A stretch of 64,000 bases of DNA from Asaia bogorensis (GTDB taxonomy: Bacteria > Pseudomonadota > Alphaproteobacteria > Acetobacterales > Acetobacteraceae), in the NCBI GenBank assembly GCA_945874805.1, contig CAMCJI010000001.1, positions 4,580 through 68,579 of the forward strand, in the 5' to 3' direction. This document shows, piece after piece, positions 40,112 to 51,652 of the stretch. The first letter of the stretch is position 1. Each line of letters starts with the position of its first letter. Made by a program: the position numbers and the translations under genes. The notes below the pieces were generated by a model. It saw only the letters and a program-made list of their open reading frames with translations, made no database searches and was not told the origin of the DNA.

Positions 40112-41647
40112 ATGGATACCTCGATCGCACGTCCAGAACTGCTGCTGGTCGCCGATGCCGTCGCGCGGGAGAAGTCGATCGACCGCGAGGAGGTGCTCGA
40201 GGCGATGGAGCAGGCGATCCAGAAGGCCGGCCGCGCCAAGTATGGGCACGAGAAGGACATTCGGGCCACGATCGACCGGCGCAGCGGCGACGTGCGCCTC
40301 TCCCGCTGGACCGAGGCAGTGGAGACCGTGGAGAACGAGGAGACTCAGATCCCCATCCACATCGCCCGCAAGTTCAAGCCCGAGATCAATGTCGGCGAGT
40401 TCATCGTCGATCCGCTGCCACCGATCGATTTCGGCCGCATCCCGGCACAGACCGCCAAGCAGGTGATCGTTCAGCGGGTGCGCGAGATCGAGCGCAGCAA
40501 GCAGTTTGCCGAGTTCAAGGACCGCGTCGGCGAAGTCATCAACGGCGTCGTCAAGCGCACGGAGTACGGTAACCTGATGGTCGAAGTCGGCCGTGCGGAG
40601 GCTCTGTTGCGCCGCGACGAGCTGATTCCGCGCGAGAGCTTCCGCAATGGCGACCGGGTGCGCGCCTATATCTTCGACGTGCGCGAGGAGCCGCGTGGCC
40701 CGCAGGTGTTCCTCAGCCGCACCCATCCCGGCTTCCTTGCCAAGCTCTTCGCTCAGGAAGTGCCGGAAATCTATGACGGCATCATCGAGATCAAGGCGGT
40801 CAGCCGCGACCCCGGCAGCCGCGCCAAGATGGCGGTGATCAGCCGCGACGCCTCGATCGACCCGGTTGGCGCCTGCGTCGGCATGCGCGGATCGCGCGTG
40901 CAGGCCGTTGTCCAGGAACTGCAGGGCGAAAAGATCGACATCATTCCCTGGTCGCCGAATACGGCCACCTTCGTGGTGAATGCCCTGGCCCCGGCCGAAG
41001 TCTCCAAGGTCGTGCTCGATGAGGAAGCCGGCCGCTGCGAGGTGGTGGTGCCCGACGAGCAGCTGTCGCTGGCCATCGGCCGGCGTGGCCAGAATGTGCG
41101 CCTGGCCAGCCAGTTGACCCGGTGGGACATCGACATCCTGACCGAGGCGGAGGAGAGCGAGCGCCGCCAGGAAGAGTTCCGCCGCCGCACCGGCCTGTTC
41201 GTCGAGGCGCTGGACGTGGACGACATGATCGCCGGCCTGCTGGTGCAGGAGGGCTTCAACACCGTCGAGGAACTGGCCTACACGGCGCTGGACGAGCTGG
41301 CGAACATCGAAGGCTTCGATGAGAGCGTGGCCGAAGAGCTGATCCGCCGCGCCACATCCTTCCTCGACCAGCGCAACCAGGAACTGGACACGCGCCGCCG
41401 TGAGTTGGGCGTCTCCGATGAGGTCGCGTCCTTCGAGGTGTTCACCCCGGCGATGCTGGTGACGCTTGGCGAGAAGGGCGTGAAGACGCTGGACGATCTG
41501 GCCGACCTCGCCGGCGATGAACTCATCGAGATGCTCGGCGAAGGCAGCATGGAGGAGGATCTGGCCAACGAGATCATCATGGCGGCCCGTGCCCATTGGT
41601 TCGATGGTGACGCTCCGGCTGCCGAAGGGGAGGCTGACCACGACTGA
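40112..41647 (+). CDS. nusA: transcription termination/antitermination factor NusA
   Basis: 511 aa. It has an N-terminal domain, an S1 domain, two KH domains ([24 protein letters not shown]) and C-terminal acidic repeats. Confidence 0.97.
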   Translation: MDTSIARPELLLVADAVAREKSIDREEVLEAMEQAIQKAGRAKYGHEKDIRATIDRRSGDVRLSRWTEAVETVENEETQIPIHIARKFKPEINVGEFIVDPLPPIDFGRIPAQTAKQVIVQRVREIERSKQFAEFKDRVGEVINGVVKRTEYGNLMVEVGRAEALLRRDELIPRESFRNGDRVRAYIFDVREEPRGPQVFLSRTHPGFLAKLFAQEVPEIYDGIIEIKAVSRDPGSRAKMAVISRDASIDPVGACVGMRGSRVQAVVQELQGEKIDIIPWSPNTATFVVNALAPAEVSKVVLDEEAGRCEVVVPDEQLSLAIGRRGQNVRLASQLTRWDIDILTEAEESERRQEEFRRRTGLFVEALDVDDMIAGLLVQEGFNTVEELAYTALDELANIEGFDESVAEELIRRATSFLDQRNQELDTRRRELGVSDEVASFEVFTPAMLVTLGEKGVKTLDDLADLAGDELIEMLGEGSMEEDLANEIIMAARAHWFDGDAPAAEGEADHD

Positions 41648-41657
41648 TTTAGCCCCC

Positions 41658-42347
41658 TTGGCCGACACGCAGGCCGATGATCCAGGTGACGACGAGCCCG
41701 AAACCGGCCCGTTGCGCCGTTGCGCGGTCACGCGCGCGCGGTTGCCAAAAGAAGAAATGATCCGCTTCGTCATTGCGCCAGACGCAACTGTGGTTCCCGA
41801 TCTTGCCGAAAGGCTGCCGGGCCGGGGAATCTGGTTGAGTGCAAGGGGCGATGTGCTAGAAACCGCGCGGGTGCGCGGCGCGTTCGCCAAATCCGCGAGG
41901 CGGCCGGTGAAGGTCCCTCCGGACTTGGTGGCCGAGGTGGCCACGTCACTCGCGGGGCGAATTCGGGAAACTCTTGGATTGGCACGGCGGGCCGGGCTGG
42001 CTGTGGCGGGATTTGCCAAGGCACGGGAATGGCTCGCTGAAGGCAAGGCGGCTTTGGTCGTGCAGGCGTCCGACGGAAGCCCCGGTGAGCGTTCGCGCCT
42101 GCTGGGTGCGAATGCCGGGCGGCTTCCGGCAGTGGCGCCGCTCGATGGAGCGACGCTGGGCCAAGTGTTCGGTCGCGATCAGGCGGTGCATGTGGCCATT
42201 GCACCCGGTCGGCTGGCCGAGCGGCTTTTGGCCGAGACGGCGCGGCTGGCTGGTGTGCTCAGCCGCGAGACTGACGTTCCGACCGGCGCTGCCGGCCGGG
42301 TGCTATCCCCCGGGGCTCCCGCGGGACAAGACAATGCAGGCGGGTAA
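41658..42347 (+). CDS. YlxR (DUF448) RNA-binding protein fused to an L7Ae/YlxQ-like domain
   Basis: RRCAVTRARLPKEEMIRFV...GRGIWL is the YlxR motif. LGLARRAGLAVAGFAKAREWLAEGKAALVVQASD is L7Ae/YlxQ-like. A likely TTG start at 41658 follows the nusA stop. The ORF-track start at 41517 would overlap nusA by 130 nt. Confidence 0.7.
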   Translation: MADTQADDPGDDEPETGPLRRCAVTRARLPKEEMIRFVIAPDATVVPDLAERLPGRGIWLSARGDVLETARVRGAFAKSARRPVKVPPDLVAEVATSLAGRIRETLGLARRAGLAVAGFAKAREWLAEGKAALVVQASDGSPGERSRLLGANAGRLPAVAPLDGATLGQVFGRDQAVHVAIAPGRLAERLLAETARLAGVLSRETDVPTGAAGRVLSPGAPAGQDNAGG

Positions 42348-44984
42348 ATGAGCGAAGGCAACGATCAGGACGCGGGCAAGGGGCGGCTTTCTCTGCGTCC
42401 TACGGGACGGGCAGAGGTGGGCCGCACGGTCGACGCCGGGTCCGTCCGACAGAGCTTCAGCCACGGCCGTTCCAAGGTCGTGCAGGTTGAGGTGCGCAAG
42501 AAGCGCGTGGGCGCGCCGGTGGCACCTGTTCCGCCGCCGCCCATCCAGCCACCGAGCACGCCGGGCGTCGCGCGGCCTACAGCCCCGGTAAGCCGGCCCG
42601 CCATCGGCGCCGGCCGGGCGCTGACCGCAACCGAACTCGCCGCCCGCCAGCGCGTGCTGGAGGAGCATCGCCGCGAGGCTGCCCGTCGGGAGCAGGAGAA
42701 GATCTCGATCCTTTCCGCGGCCGAGGAAGCCCGTCGCCGCGACGAGGAAGAACGCAAGATTGCCGAGGAGGCGGCCCGCAAGGCCGCCGAGGAGGCCGCG
42801 CGCCTGAAGGCGGAGGAAGATGCGCGCAATGCCGCCGCTGCCGCTGCTACGGTGGTGCGGACTGCCGCGCCCGTGCCGCGCGCGACGGATGAAGTTCGCC
42901 GCCCGGTTCGCCCGGCGACCCCCACTCCCGGCGCTCCCGCGGCCCCGGCCAGCGAAACGCTACGCCTGCGCCCGACCCGCGCCGAGGAGGAGGAGGAGAA
43001 CCGCCCCCGCCGCCCCGGACCCGGTGGCCCCCTCGCCGCGCGCAAGCCGCCGGCGCCCGCCCCCAAGAAGGTGGTCGACGACCGCCGCCGCCCCGGCCGC
43101 ATCGACGTGCAGGCCGCCATTGAAGGAGAGGACGACCGCGTCCGCAGCCTTGCCTCCGTGCGTCGCCAGCGTGAGCGCGAGCGCCGTCAGGCCGAGCTGG
43201 AGCGCTTGCGGTCGGATCAGGTGAAAGTCGTGCGAGACGTTATTCTTCCCGACCACATCACCGTGCAGGAGCTGGCCAACCGCATGGCTGCCCGCACCCC
43301 GGACGTCATCAAGTCCCTGATGAAGATGGGCGTGATGGCCACCGTCACCCAAAGCCTGGATGCCGATACCGCCGAGCTGGTGGTGCAGGAATTCGGCCAC
43401 CGGGTGAAGCGCGTCTCCGAGGACGACGTGGAAATCGGCCTGGAAGGCGAGGTCGACGAGGATGTGACCCGGCTGCCGCGCCCGCCGGTCGTCACCATCA
43501 TGGGCCATGTCGACCACGGCAAGACCTCACTGCTGGATGCCCTGCGCGCGACGGATGTCGTCGCCGGGGAGGCTGGCGGTATCACTCAGCATATCGGCGC
43601 CTACCAGGTGCAGCTGCCCTCCGGCAGCCGGATCACCTTCATCGATACGCCGGGCCATGAGGCCTTCACCGCCATGCGCTCGCGCGGTGCGAGCGTCACG
43701 GACATCATCGTGTTGGTGGTTGCCGCCGATGACGGCGTGATGCCGCAGACGATAGAGGCGATCCGCCACGCGAAAGCTGCCGGCGCGCCGATCATCGTGG
43801 CCATCAACAAGATGGACAAGCATGACGCCAACCCAGACCGGGTCCGCCAGGAGCTGCTGAGCCACGAGATCGTGGTGGAAGCGATGGGCGGCGAAACCCA
43901 GGACGTGGAAGTCTCGGCCCTCAAGAAGACCGGGCTGGACAAGCTGGAGGAGGCGATCCTGCTCCAGGCCGAAATCCTCGACCTGCGCGCCAACCCCGAA
44001 CGCGCTGCCGAAGGCACCGTGATCGAAAGCCGCCTGGACCGCGGGCGTGGCCCGGTGGCCACCGTGCTGGTGCAGAAGGGTACGCTGTTCCAGGGCGATA
44101 TAGTCGTGGCCGGCGCCGAGTGGGGCCGCGTGCGCGCCATGCTCGACGACAAGGGCCGCGCCCAGCGCGAGGCCGGGCCGGCCGAGCCGGTGGAGATCCT
44201 CGGCCTCGCCGGGGTGCCGATGGCTGGCGAACCGTTCGTCGCTGTGGAGAACGAAAGCCGGGCCCGCGAGATCAGCGAGTTCCGCCAGCGCAAGGTCCGC
44301 GACAAGGCGGCCGGCGTCACGGCGGCGGCCCGCGGCACGCTCGACGAGATGCTGGCCCGCATCTCCGCCGGCGTGCAGAAGGAAGTCGCCGTGCTGATCA
44401 AGGCGGATGTGCAGGGCAGCTCGGAGGCGATCCAGGCCACCGTGCTCAAGCTTGCGCATGAGGAGGTCCGCGTGCGGGTGCTGCTGAGCAGCGTCGGCCA
44501 GATCACAGAGAGCGATATCCAGCTTGCCAAGGCGTCCGGCGGCGTGATCGTCGCCTTCAACGTCCGTGCCACCAGCCAGGCCCGCGAACTGGCCCAACGG
44601 GACGGCGTGGATATCCGCTACTACTCGATCATCTACGACGTCGCGGATGACATCGAGAAGATGGTCAAGGGCAAGGTCGCCCCCAAGGCGCGCGAGCGTT
44701 TCCTGGGTTATGCCGAAATCCGCAAGGTGTTCGACATCACCAAAACCGGCAAGGTCGCGGGCTGCATGATCACCGAGGGCCTCGTCAAGCGCGGCGCCGG
44801 CGTGCGCCTGCTGCGCGACAACGTGGTGATCCACCAGGGCGAACTGACGCAGCTGAAGCGCTTCAAGGACGATGTCCGCGAAGTTGCCCGCGGCTACGAA
44901 TGCGGCCTGTCCTTCGCGAACTATAACGACCTGCGCGAAGGCGATGTGGTGGAGTGCTACGACGTGGAGATGGTTCCGGGGTGA
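42348..44984 (+). CDS. infB: translation initiation factor IF-2
   Basis: 878 aa. It has a charged, Ala-rich N-terminal region and a G domain ([24 protein letters not shown]), with full-length collinearity to IF-2. Confidence 0.97.
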   Translation: MSEGNDQDAGKGRLSLRPTGRAEVGRTVDAGSVRQSFSHGRSKVVQVEVRKKRVGAPVAPVPPPPIQPPSTPGVARPTAPVSRPAIGAGRALTATELAARQRVLEEHRREAARREQEKISILSAAEEARRRDEEERKIAEEAARKAAEEAARLKAEEDARNAAAAAATVVRTAAPVPRATDEVRRPVRPATPTPGAPAAPASETLRLRPTRAEEEEENRPRRPGPGGPLAARKPPAPAPKKVVDDRRRPGRIDVQAAIEGEDDRVRSLASVRRQRERERRQAELERLRSDQVKVVRDVILPDHITVQELANRMAARTPDVIKSLMKMGVMATVTQSLDADTAELVVQEFGHRVKRVSEDDVEIGLEGEVDEDVTRLPRPPVVTIMGHVDHGKTSLLDALRATDVVAGEAGGITQHIGAYQVQLPSGSRITFIDTPGHEAFTAMRSRGASVTDIIVLVVAADDGVMPQTIEAIRHAKAAGAPIIVAINKMDKHDANPDRVRQELLSHEIVVEAMGGETQDVEVSALKKTGLDKLEEAILLQAEILDLRANPERAAEGTVIESRLDRGRGPVATVLVQKGTLFQGDIVVAGAEWGRVRAMLDDKGRAQREAGPAEPVEILGLAGVPMAGEPFVAVENESRAREISEFRQRKVRDKAAGVTAAARGTLDEMLARISAGVQKEVAVLIKADVQGSSEAIQATVLKLAHEEVRVRVLLSSVGQITESDIQLAKASGGVIVAFNVRATSQARELAQRDGVDIRYYSIIYDVADDIEKMVKGKVAPKARERFLGYAEIRKVFDITKTGKVAGCMITEGLVKRGAGVRLLRDNVVIHQGELTQLKRFKDDVREVARGYECGLSFANYNDLREGDVVECYDVEMVPG

Positions 44985-45388
44985 AGAAGACCGCCGGCGG
45001 GCTTGCGGCCCGCCCCCCCTCCCAGCGGCAGTTGCGCGTCGGCGAAGAGATCCGGCATGTCCTTGCCGGCATCTTCGCCCGTGGCGAGCTGCGCGACCCC
45101 GAGCTGACGGATGTGATCATCACCGTCACCGAAGTCCGCATCGGGCCCGACCTGAAGCGCGCGACAGCGTTCGTGACACGGCTGGGCCGCTCCGACGTCG
45201 CTGACAAGCTGCCGGCCCTGCGCCGTGCGGCGCCCTTCCTGCGTGGCCTGGTGGCGAAGTCGCTGCTGCTGCGTGTTGCCCCCGACCTGTCTTTTCAGGC
45301 GGATACCAGCCTCGAACACGCCATGCATGTCGACGCCCTGATGCGCCGGCCGGAAGTGGCGCGCGATCTCGAGCAGTCCAAAGGCTGA
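44981..45388 (+). CDS. rbfA: ribosome-binding factor A
   Basis: 135 aa from GTG 44981, which forms a GTGA overlap with the infB stop. [19 protein letters not shown] and [17 protein letters not shown] are present. Confidence 0.85.
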   Translation: MKKTAGGLAARPPSQRQLRVGEEIRHVLAGIFARGELRDPELTDVIITVTEVRIGPDLKRATAFVTRLGRSDVADKLPALRRAAPFLRGLVAKSLLLRVAPDLSFQADTSLEHAMHVDALMRRPEVARDLEQSKG

Positions 45389-45394
45389 TCCCCG

Positions 45395-46321
45395 ATGCGC
45401 CATCGCAAGCCCCGTGGCCTCCCGCTCGACGGGTGGCTGATCGTTGACAAGCCCCAGGGGCTGACCAGCACCGATGTCGTCAACCGCGTCCGCCGCGCCT
45501 TCGATGCGCAGAAGGCAGGCCACGGCGGCACCCTCGATCCGCTGGCAACCGGCCTGCTGCCCATCGCCTTCGGTGCGGCGACCAAAACTGTGCCCTACGT
45601 GATGGACGGCACCAAGCTCTACCGCTTCACCCTGCGCATCGGCGAGGCGCGCGACACCGATGACGCCGACGGCCAGGTGGTCGCCACGTCTGACATCCGT
45701 CCGACCGACGATCAGCTGCGCGCGGCCCTGCCGGCGCTGACGGGCGATATCATGCAGGTCCCGCCCGTCTATTCCGCCATCAAAATCGCCGGTGAGCGCG
45801 CCTACGACATGGCGCGCGATGGCCGCCCCCCGGTGCTGGAAGCCCGCCCCGCCCGCGTCGACCGCTTCGAACTGATCGAACGGCCGGATGCTGACCACGC
45901 GGTGTTCGAGGTGCAGTCCGGCAAGGGCGTCTACATGCGCAGTCTGGCCCGTGACGTGGCTATGGCCTGCGGTACGGTGGGCCATATCGCCGTGCTGCGC
46001 CGCCTGCGCGTGGGACCCTTTACCGAGGCGCAGGCGATAACACTGGACAAACTCGTCCGCACGGAGGATACCCCGCCGGCTTCCCCGGACCTTCTGCTTC
46101 CGGTCTCGACCGCGCTGGCTGACATCCCGGCGCTGGCCTTGACGGAAAAGGAGGCCGCTGACCTCTCACATGGCCAGGCGATCAGCCTGGTCACGTTGAT
46201 GGGCCGGATTCCACGGACGGCCGACCCCGCAGGGGGCTTGGTCCGCGCCATGGCGGGGGCTCGCGTGATCGGGCTGGGCAGGCTTGATGAAGGCATGCTC
46301 CGCCCCGAACGGCTTCTGTGA
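45395..46321 (+). CDS. truB: tRNA pseudouridine(55) synthase
   Basis: 308 aa. GWLIVDKPQGLTS, GHGGTLDPLATGLLPI and QVPPVYSAIK are present. Confidence 0.92.
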   Translation: MRHRKPRGLPLDGWLIVDKPQGLTSTDVVNRVRRAFDAQKAGHGGTLDPLATGLLPIAFGAATKTVPYVMDGTKLYRFTLRIGEARDTDDADGQVVATSDIRPTDDQLRAALPALTGDIMQVPPVYSAIKIAGERAYDMARDGRPPVLEARPARVDRFELIERPDADHAVFEVQSGKGVYMRSLARDVAMACGTVGHIAVLRRLRVGPFTEAQAITLDKLVRTEDTPPASPDLLLPVSTALADIPALALTEKEAADLSHGQAISLVTLMGRIPRTADPAGGLVRAMAGARVIGLGRLDEGMLRPERLL

Positions 46322-46360
46322 AGCCCTAGCGCGATCAACCTTTCTTATGGGAGTAGCACG

Positions 46361-46630
46361 ATGTCGATGAACCCGGAGCGCCGTTCGGCGCTGATCAAGC
46401 AGTACGCCACCTCGGCTACCGATACCGGTAGCCCCGAAGTGCAGGTGTCCCTCATCACCGAGCGGATCACCACGCTGACCGAACACCTGAAGACTCACAG
46501 CAAGGACTTCCACAGCCGCCGTGGTCTGCTGATGCTCGTCGGCCGCCGCCGCCGCTTGCTGGACTATCTCAAGGGCAAGAACCAGGCTCGTTACGAGGCC
46601 CTGATTGGCAGCCTGAAGCTGCGCCGCTGA
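46361..46630 (+). CDS. rpsO: 30S ribosomal protein S15
   Basis: 89 aa. [31 protein letters not shown] and RRRLLDYLK are present. Confidence 0.97.
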   Translation: MSMNPERRSALIKQYATSATDTGSPEVQVSLITERITTLTEHLKTHSKDFHSRRGLLMLVGRRRRLLDYLKGKNQARYEALIGSLKLRR

Positions 46631-46636
46631 TTTAAG

Positions 46637-46680
46637 CCCCCCGCCCACTGGCATACCCCATCGGGCGGGGGGATTTGACC
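46637..46680 (+). terminator. rpsO terminator/attenuator hairpin
   Basis: CCCCCCGCCC (46637-46646) pairs perfectly with GGGCGGGGGG (46663-46672). The loop is 16 nt and the stem is followed by ATTTGACC, a weak U-tail. Confidence 0.5.
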
Positions 46681-46922
46681 GCTCCGGGGCATCCTGCCCT
46701 GGGCGAACCGCCCGCACGGCGGTGCGACAGATGCCCGATCCGGCGCCGCGACATGCGGGAGTCTGACGGCGCCTTCGGCCACATGGTCCCGGACCCGATC
46801 CGCACCGCGGCTGCACCCGATGCAAGCCGCCCCATGCCGCCCGAGACGCCGTCTCCCGCTCCGGATGCCCAAGATCGGAATGCTGGGGACCTGAGTGCGG
46901 GCCGCAAGAGGAACGAAAGACG

Positions 46923-49076
46923 ATGTTCAACTATTTCCGCAAGGAACTCGACTGGGGCGGGCGCAAGCTCGTCCTCGAGACCGGCAAGATCGCCCGCCAG
47001 GCCGACGGCGCCGTGCTCATCAGCTATGGCGACACCATCGTGCTCTGCACCGCCGTGGGCGTCCGCAGCGCCAAGCCGGGGCAGGATTTCTTCCCGCTGA
47101 CCGTGAACTACCAGGAGAAGACCTTCGCCGCCGGCAAGATCCCAGGCGGCTTCTTCAAGCGCGAAGGCCGCCCGACGGAGAAGGAGGTGCTGACCTCGCG
47201 CCTCATCGACCGGCCGATCCGTCCGCTGTTCCCGCAAGGCTTCCGCAACGAAGTGCAGATCGTCGCCACGGTGCTGAGCCATGACCTGGAAAACGACCCC
47301 GACATCATCGCCCTGATCGGCTGCTCGGCAGCACTCACGCTGTCCGGCATACCGTTCTTCGGCCCGGTGGGTGCGGCCCGCGTCGCCGTGATCGACGGCG
47401 CCTACGTGCTCAACCCCACCTCCGCCCAGGTGAAGGAAAGCAAGCTCGACCTGGTGCTCGCCGGCACCTCCGAAGGCGTGCTGATGGTGGAATCCGAAGC
47501 GCAGGAACTCTCCGAGGAAGTGATGCTCGGCGCACTGAAGTTCGGCCATGAGGGCTTCCAGCCGGTGATCCAGGCGATCATCGAACTCGCCGAGGTTGCT
47601 GCCAAGGAACCCTGGACCCTGACGGAGAAGAGCGAGGCCGAGCTTACCCTGGCCGCCCGCGTCGATGCCCTGGCCCGTGCCGGCATCACCGAAGCCTACA
47701 AGGAGCCGATCAAGCAGACCCGCCAGGACAAGGTGGGTGCCGCCAAGAAGGCCGCCGCCGCCGCCCTGACCGCCGAAGGGCTTGAGGCCGACAAGGCCAA
47801 GGGCATGTTCAAGGAACTGGAAGCCGACATCGTCCGCAACGCCATCCTCGACACCGGCCTGCGCATCGACGGGCGCGACACCAAGACGGTCCGCCCGATC
47901 GTCTCCGAGGTCGGCATCCTGCCGCGCGCCCACGGCTCTGCCCTGTTCACCCGCGGCGAGACGCAGGCGCTCTGCGTGGCAACCCTCGGCACCGGCCAGG
48001 ACGAGCAGATCATCGACGCGCTGGAAGGCGAGTATCGCGAGCATTTCATGCTCCACTACAACTTCCCTCCCTACTCCGTCGGTGAAGCCGGCCGCATGGG
48101 CTCGCCCGGCCGCCGCGAAATCGGCCACGGCAAGCTCGCCTGGCGCGCCATCCACCCGGTGCTGCCCGGCAAGGACAAGTTCCCGTACACCCTGCGCGTG
48201 GTGTCCGAGATCACCGAGAGCAACGGCTCCTCCTCGATGGCGACCGTCTGCGGCACCTCGCTGGCGCTGATGGACGCTGGCGTGCCGCTGCTGCGGCCGG
48301 TGGCCGGCATTGCGATGGGCCTGATCAAGGAAGACCGCGGCTTTGCCGTGCTGTCCGACATCCTCGGCGACGAGGATGCCCTGGGCGACATGGACTTCAA
48401 GGTGGCCGGCACCGAAGCGGGCATCACCAGCCTGCAGATGGACATCAAGATCACCTCGATCACGATGGGCATCATGGAAGTGGCCCTCGGCCAGGCCCGT
48501 GACGGCCGCCTGCACATCCTCGGCGAAATGGCCAAGGCACTGACCGGCGGGCGCACCGAAGTGGCCGCCACCGCCCCGCGCATCACCATCATCCACGTGC
48601 CGAAGGAGAAGATCCGCGAAGTGATCGGCACTGGTGGCAAGGTAATCCGCGAGATCGTCGAGCAGACCGGCTGCAAGATCGACATCGAGGATGACGGCAC
48701 GATCAAGGTCGCATCGAACGACGGCGCCAAGGCCCAGGCCGCGATCGACTGGATCCGCGGCATCGTCGCTGAGCCCGAGATCGGCGTGATCTACACCGGC
48801 AAGGTGGTGAAAACCGCCGACTTCGGTGCCTTCGTCAACTTCCTCGGCTCGCGCGATGGTCTGGTGCATATCAGCGAACTGCAGCAGGGCCGGGTGAACA
48901 AAACCTCTGACGTCGTCAACGTGGGCGACGCCGTGAAGGTCAAGGTTCTCGGCTTCGATGACCGCGGCAAGGTCAAGCTGTCCATGCGGGTGGTCGATCA
49001 GGCCACCGGTGAGGACATCGGCGACAAGGTCGGGCCCAAGGGCGGGCGCGACCGCGGCGACTCCGCCGAGGGCTGA
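46923..49076 (+). CDS. pnp: polyribonucleotide nucleotidyltransferase (PNPase)
   Basis: 717 aa. It has two RNase PH domains, a KH domain ([10 protein letters not shown]) and a C-terminal S1 domain ([19 protein letters not shown]). Confidence 0.97.
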   Translation: MFNYFRKELDWGGRKLVLETGKIARQADGAVLISYGDTIVLCTAVGVRSAKPGQDFFPLTVNYQEKTFAAGKIPGGFFKREGRPTEKEVLTSRLIDRPIRPLFPQGFRNEVQIVATVLSHDLENDPDIIALIGCSAALTLSGIPFFGPVGAARVAVIDGAYVLNPTSAQVKESKLDLVLAGTSEGVLMVESEAQELSEEVMLGALKFGHEGFQPVIQAIIELAEVAAKEPWTLTEKSEAELTLAARVDALARAGITEAYKEPIKQTRQDKVGAAKKAAAAALTAEGLEADKAKGMFKELEADIVRNAILDTGLRIDGRDTKTVRPIVSEVGILPRAHGSALFTRGETQALCVATLGTGQDEQIIDALEGEYREHFMLHYNFPPYSVGEAGRMGSPGRREIGHGKLAWRAIHPVLPGKDKFPYTLRVVSEITESNGSSSMATVCGTSLALMDAGVPLLRPVAGIAMGLIKEDRGFAVLSDILGDEDALGDMDFKVAGTEAGITSLQMDIKITSITMGIMEVALGQARDGRLHILGEMAKALTGGRTEVAATAPRITIIHVPKEKIREVIGTGGKVIREIVEQTGCKIDIEDDGTIKVASNDGAKAQAAIDWIRGIVAEPEIGVIYTGKVVKTADFGAFVNFLGSRDGLVHISELQQGRVNKTSDVVNVGDAVKVKVLGFDDRGKVKLSMRVVDQATGEDIGDKVGPKGGRDRGDSAEG

Positions 49077-49086
49077 TCAAGCGTGT

Positions 49087-49117
49087 CGCGGCCCGCATCT
49101 TGACGGTGCGGGCCGCG
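49087..49117 (+). terminator. GC-rich stem-loop downstream of pnp (no U-tail)
   Basis: CGCGGCCCGCA (49087-49097) pairs perfectly with TGCGGGCCGCG (49107-49117), giving 11 bp with a 9-nt loop. There is no T-run, so it may be a 3'-end stabiliser or a factor-dependent terminator. Confidence 0.35.
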
Positions 49118-49212
49118 ATGGCACGATGACAAACGGGCGTTAATGCCGACATGTCCGATATGCGGCTTGGCCGCGGCGGCGTCTGCGGGCGAAGAACAGG
49201 ACAGTTTGGGTC

Positions 49213-50625
49213 ATGAAGGCGATCAACGCGATCCGTATGGGCGGGGTGGACGTGCTTCCCCTGGTCGAGGGCGGGAAGGGCGTCGCCGTGTCCAACGGAA
49301 TCACCGCTGGCCACTGGGCCGCGGGCGGCGGGGCCGGCACGATGAGCGCCGTCAACGCCGACAGCTATGATGCCAACGGCCGGCCGATCCCACAGGAATA
49401 CCACGCAAAGACCCGCCGCGAACGTCATGAGGAGCTGGTTGCCTACGGCATCCAGGGCGGCATCGAGCAGGCCCGGCGGGCGCACGACATCTCCGGCGGG
49501 CGCGGGCGCATCCACGCCAATATCCTGTGGGAAATGGGCGGCGCCGAGCGGGTGGCCACCGGCATGCTCGAAGGTGCGAAGGGGCTGATCCACGGGATCA
49601 CCTGCGGCGCCGGCATGCCCTATCGGCTGGCGGACATCGCGGCGAAGTTCAACGTCCATTACTACCCCATCGTCTCCTCCGGCCGCGCCTTCGGTGCGCT
49701 TTGGAAGCGCGCCTATCACAAGGCGGCCAGCCTGCTTGGCGGCGTCGTCTACGAGGACCCCTGGCTCGCCGGCGGCCATAACGGCCTGTCGAACAGCGAA
49801 GACCCGATGAAGCCGGAGGACCCCTATCCGCGCGTGCTCGCCCTGCGCAAGCTGATGCGCGAGTTCGGTCTGGGCGAGACCCCCATCATCATGGCCGGCG
49901 GCGTCTGGTGGCTGGAGGAATGGGAGCACTGGATCGACAACCCTGAGCTTGGCCCCATCGCATTCCAGTTCGGCACCCGTCCTCTCCTGACCCAGGAAAG
50001 CCCGATCGGCGATGCCTGGAAGCGGCGGCTGACAACGCTGAAGGAAGGCGACGTCTTCCTCAACCGCTTCAGCCCCACCGGCTTCTACTCCTCCGCCGTG
50101 AACAACAGCTTCATCGGCGAGCTGCGCGACCGCAACGACCGGCAGGCGGCCTTCACCACCGAACCGGTGGGCGCCCATATCGCCGAATTCGGCGTCGGCC
50201 CGCGCAAGCGCATCGTCTACCTGACGGCCCCTGATCTGCTGCGCGCCCAGGCCTGGGAAGCCCAGGGCTTTACCGAGGCGCTGCGCACACCGGACTCGAC
50301 ATTGATCTTCGTCACCCCCGACAAGGCCCGCGAAATACTGGCAGATCAGGTGGCCTGCATGGGCTGCCTGTCCACCTGCCGCTTCTCCAACTGGTCGCAG
50401 CACGAGCCAGATTTCACCAACGGCAAGAAGGCCGATCCGCGCAGCTTCTGCATCCAGAAGACCCTGCAGGACATCGCCCATCACAGCGACCGCGACGACG
50501 TACTGGACAACAACCTGATGTTCAGCGGCCATAACGCCTACCGCTTCGGCAGCGACCCGTTCTACGGCAACGGCTTCGTCCCCACCGTCCGCCAACTCGT
50601 CGAGCGCATCTTGACGGGGCGTTGA
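49213..50625 (+). CDS. nitronate monooxygenase (2-nitropropane dioxygenase-like) family flavoprotein
   Basis: 470 aa. Blocks typical of the long NMO/FMN TIM-barrel subfamily include PLVEGGKGVAVSNG, ITCGAGMP, LAGGHNG, IIMAGGVW and FQFGTRPLLT. Confidence 0.6.
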   Translation: MKAINAIRMGGVDVLPLVEGGKGVAVSNGITAGHWAAGGGAGTMSAVNADSYDANGRPIPQEYHAKTRRERHEELVAYGIQGGIEQARRAHDISGGRGRIHANILWEMGGAERVATGMLEGAKGLIHGITCGAGMPYRLADIAAKFNVHYYPIVSSGRAFGALWKRAYHKAASLLGGVVYEDPWLAGGHNGLSNSEDPMKPEDPYPRVLALRKLMREFGLGETPIIMAGGVWWLEEWEHWIDNPELGPIAFQFGTRPLLTQESPIGDAWKRRLTTLKEGDVFLNRFSPTGFYSSAVNNSFIGELRDRNDRQAAFTTEPVGAHIAEFGVGPRKRIVYLTAPDLLRAQAWEAQGFTEALRTPDSTLIFVTPDKAREILADQVACMGCLSTCRFSNWSQHEPDFTNGKKADPRSFCIQKTLQDIAHHSDRDDVLDNNLMFSGHNAYRFGSDPFYGNGFVPTVRQLVERILTGR

Positions 50626-50632
50626 GCTCCGC

Positions 50633-51475
50633 ATGGCGATCACTGTCGCCCGCCGGGCGAACGTCATCACGCTGGGCAACGAGAAGGGCGGGTCGGGCAA
50701 ATCGACGGCCGCGATGCACATCGTCGTCGGCCTGTTGCGGGACGGCTACCGGGTGGGCGCCATCGACCTCGACGCCCGCCAGGCGACGCTGACCGGCTAT
50801 CTCGCCTCGCGGGAGGCCTTTGCCGCCAACCGCAGTGCGGAGGTGCCGCTCCCCCGCCACGCGGCCGTACACCGCAGCGAGCATGACAGCCGCAAGGACG
50901 CCGAAGCCGAAGAGAGCGCCCGCTTCGAGACCGCCCTGACTGATCTCTCCGCGGATTGCGACATCATCGTGATCGACTGCCCGGGGGCGGACACCTATCT
51001 CTCACGCCTCGGGCACGCTGCCGCCGACACGCTGGTGACACCGATCAACGACAGCTTCGTCGATTTCGCCATGCTGGCGAAGGTGGACCCGGACAATCAC
51101 GACGTGATCAGCCCCAGCATCTACAGCGAGATGGTCTGGAAGGCCCGCACCCGCCGCTTCGCCAAAGACCGCACGAAGATCGACTGGATCGTTATGCGCA
51201 ACCGTCTCGGCGCCAGCGAGGCCCGCAACAAGCGCGACGTGGGCGCCTCACTGGATGCCCTGGCCAAGCGGATCGGGTTTCGCACCGTGAAGGGCTTCGG
51301 CGAGCGCGTCATCTTCCGCGAGCTCTACCTGCTCGGCCTCACCCTGATGGACGTGAAGGAGGTCGGCGGCCTCGGCATTTCCATGGGCATGAGCCACGTT
51401 GCCGCCCGCGCCGAGGTACGCTCCCTCATCGGCGCCATCCGCAAGCCGCCACCGGGTCTGACCCTCTCCGCCTGA
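50633..51475 (+). CDS. mipZ: division-plane-positioning ATPase MipZ (ParA/MinD superfamily)
   Basis: 280 aa. It has the deviant Walker A GNEKGGSGKST, then IDLDARQ and VIDCPG. Length and pattern match MipZ. It starts 8 nt after the preceding gene. Confidence 0.75.
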   Translation: MAITVARRANVITLGNEKGGSGKSTAAMHIVVGLLRDGYRVGAIDLDARQATLTGYLASREAFAANRSAEVPLPRHAAVHRSEHDSRKDAEAEESARFETALTDLSADCDIIVIDCPGADTYLSRLGHAAADTLVTPINDSFVDFAMLAKVDPDNHDVISPSIYSEMVWKARTRRFAKDRTKIDWIVMRNRLGASEARNKRDVGASLDALAKRIGFRTVKGFGERVIFRELYLLGLTLMDVKEVGGLGISMGMSHVAARAEVRSLIGAIRKPPPGLTLSA

Positions 51476-51517
51476 CGGTTGCGGCCACCCCGCCGCTCCG
51501 TTATACCGCGCGCCAGT

Positions 51518-51592
<75 letters not shown>

Positions 51593-51652
51593 TTCCCCCC
51601 GCTTGCCCTTCGCCGTCGCCCTGCGCATCCTTGCGTGAGGGAGGCATGCGCC

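Noticed and set aside
46632-48869. 745-codon minus-strand ORF antisense to pnp. Similar cases are 39881..42046 (antisense nusA), 10180..12117 (antisense yejA), 55818..57545 and 57759..59447 (antisense ABC genes), 48973..50721, 14001..15572 and 28018..28995.
   Set aside because: Coordinate arithmetic for the four checked cases (pnp, nusA, yejA and the 55905 binding-protein gene) shows each is the exact mirror frame of a well-supported sense gene, and I assume the remaining cases are the same. Mirror-frame stops need sense TTA, CTA or TCA codons, which are nearly absent in this GC-rich genome. The translated products are Arg/Gly/Ala/His-rich junk with no motifs.
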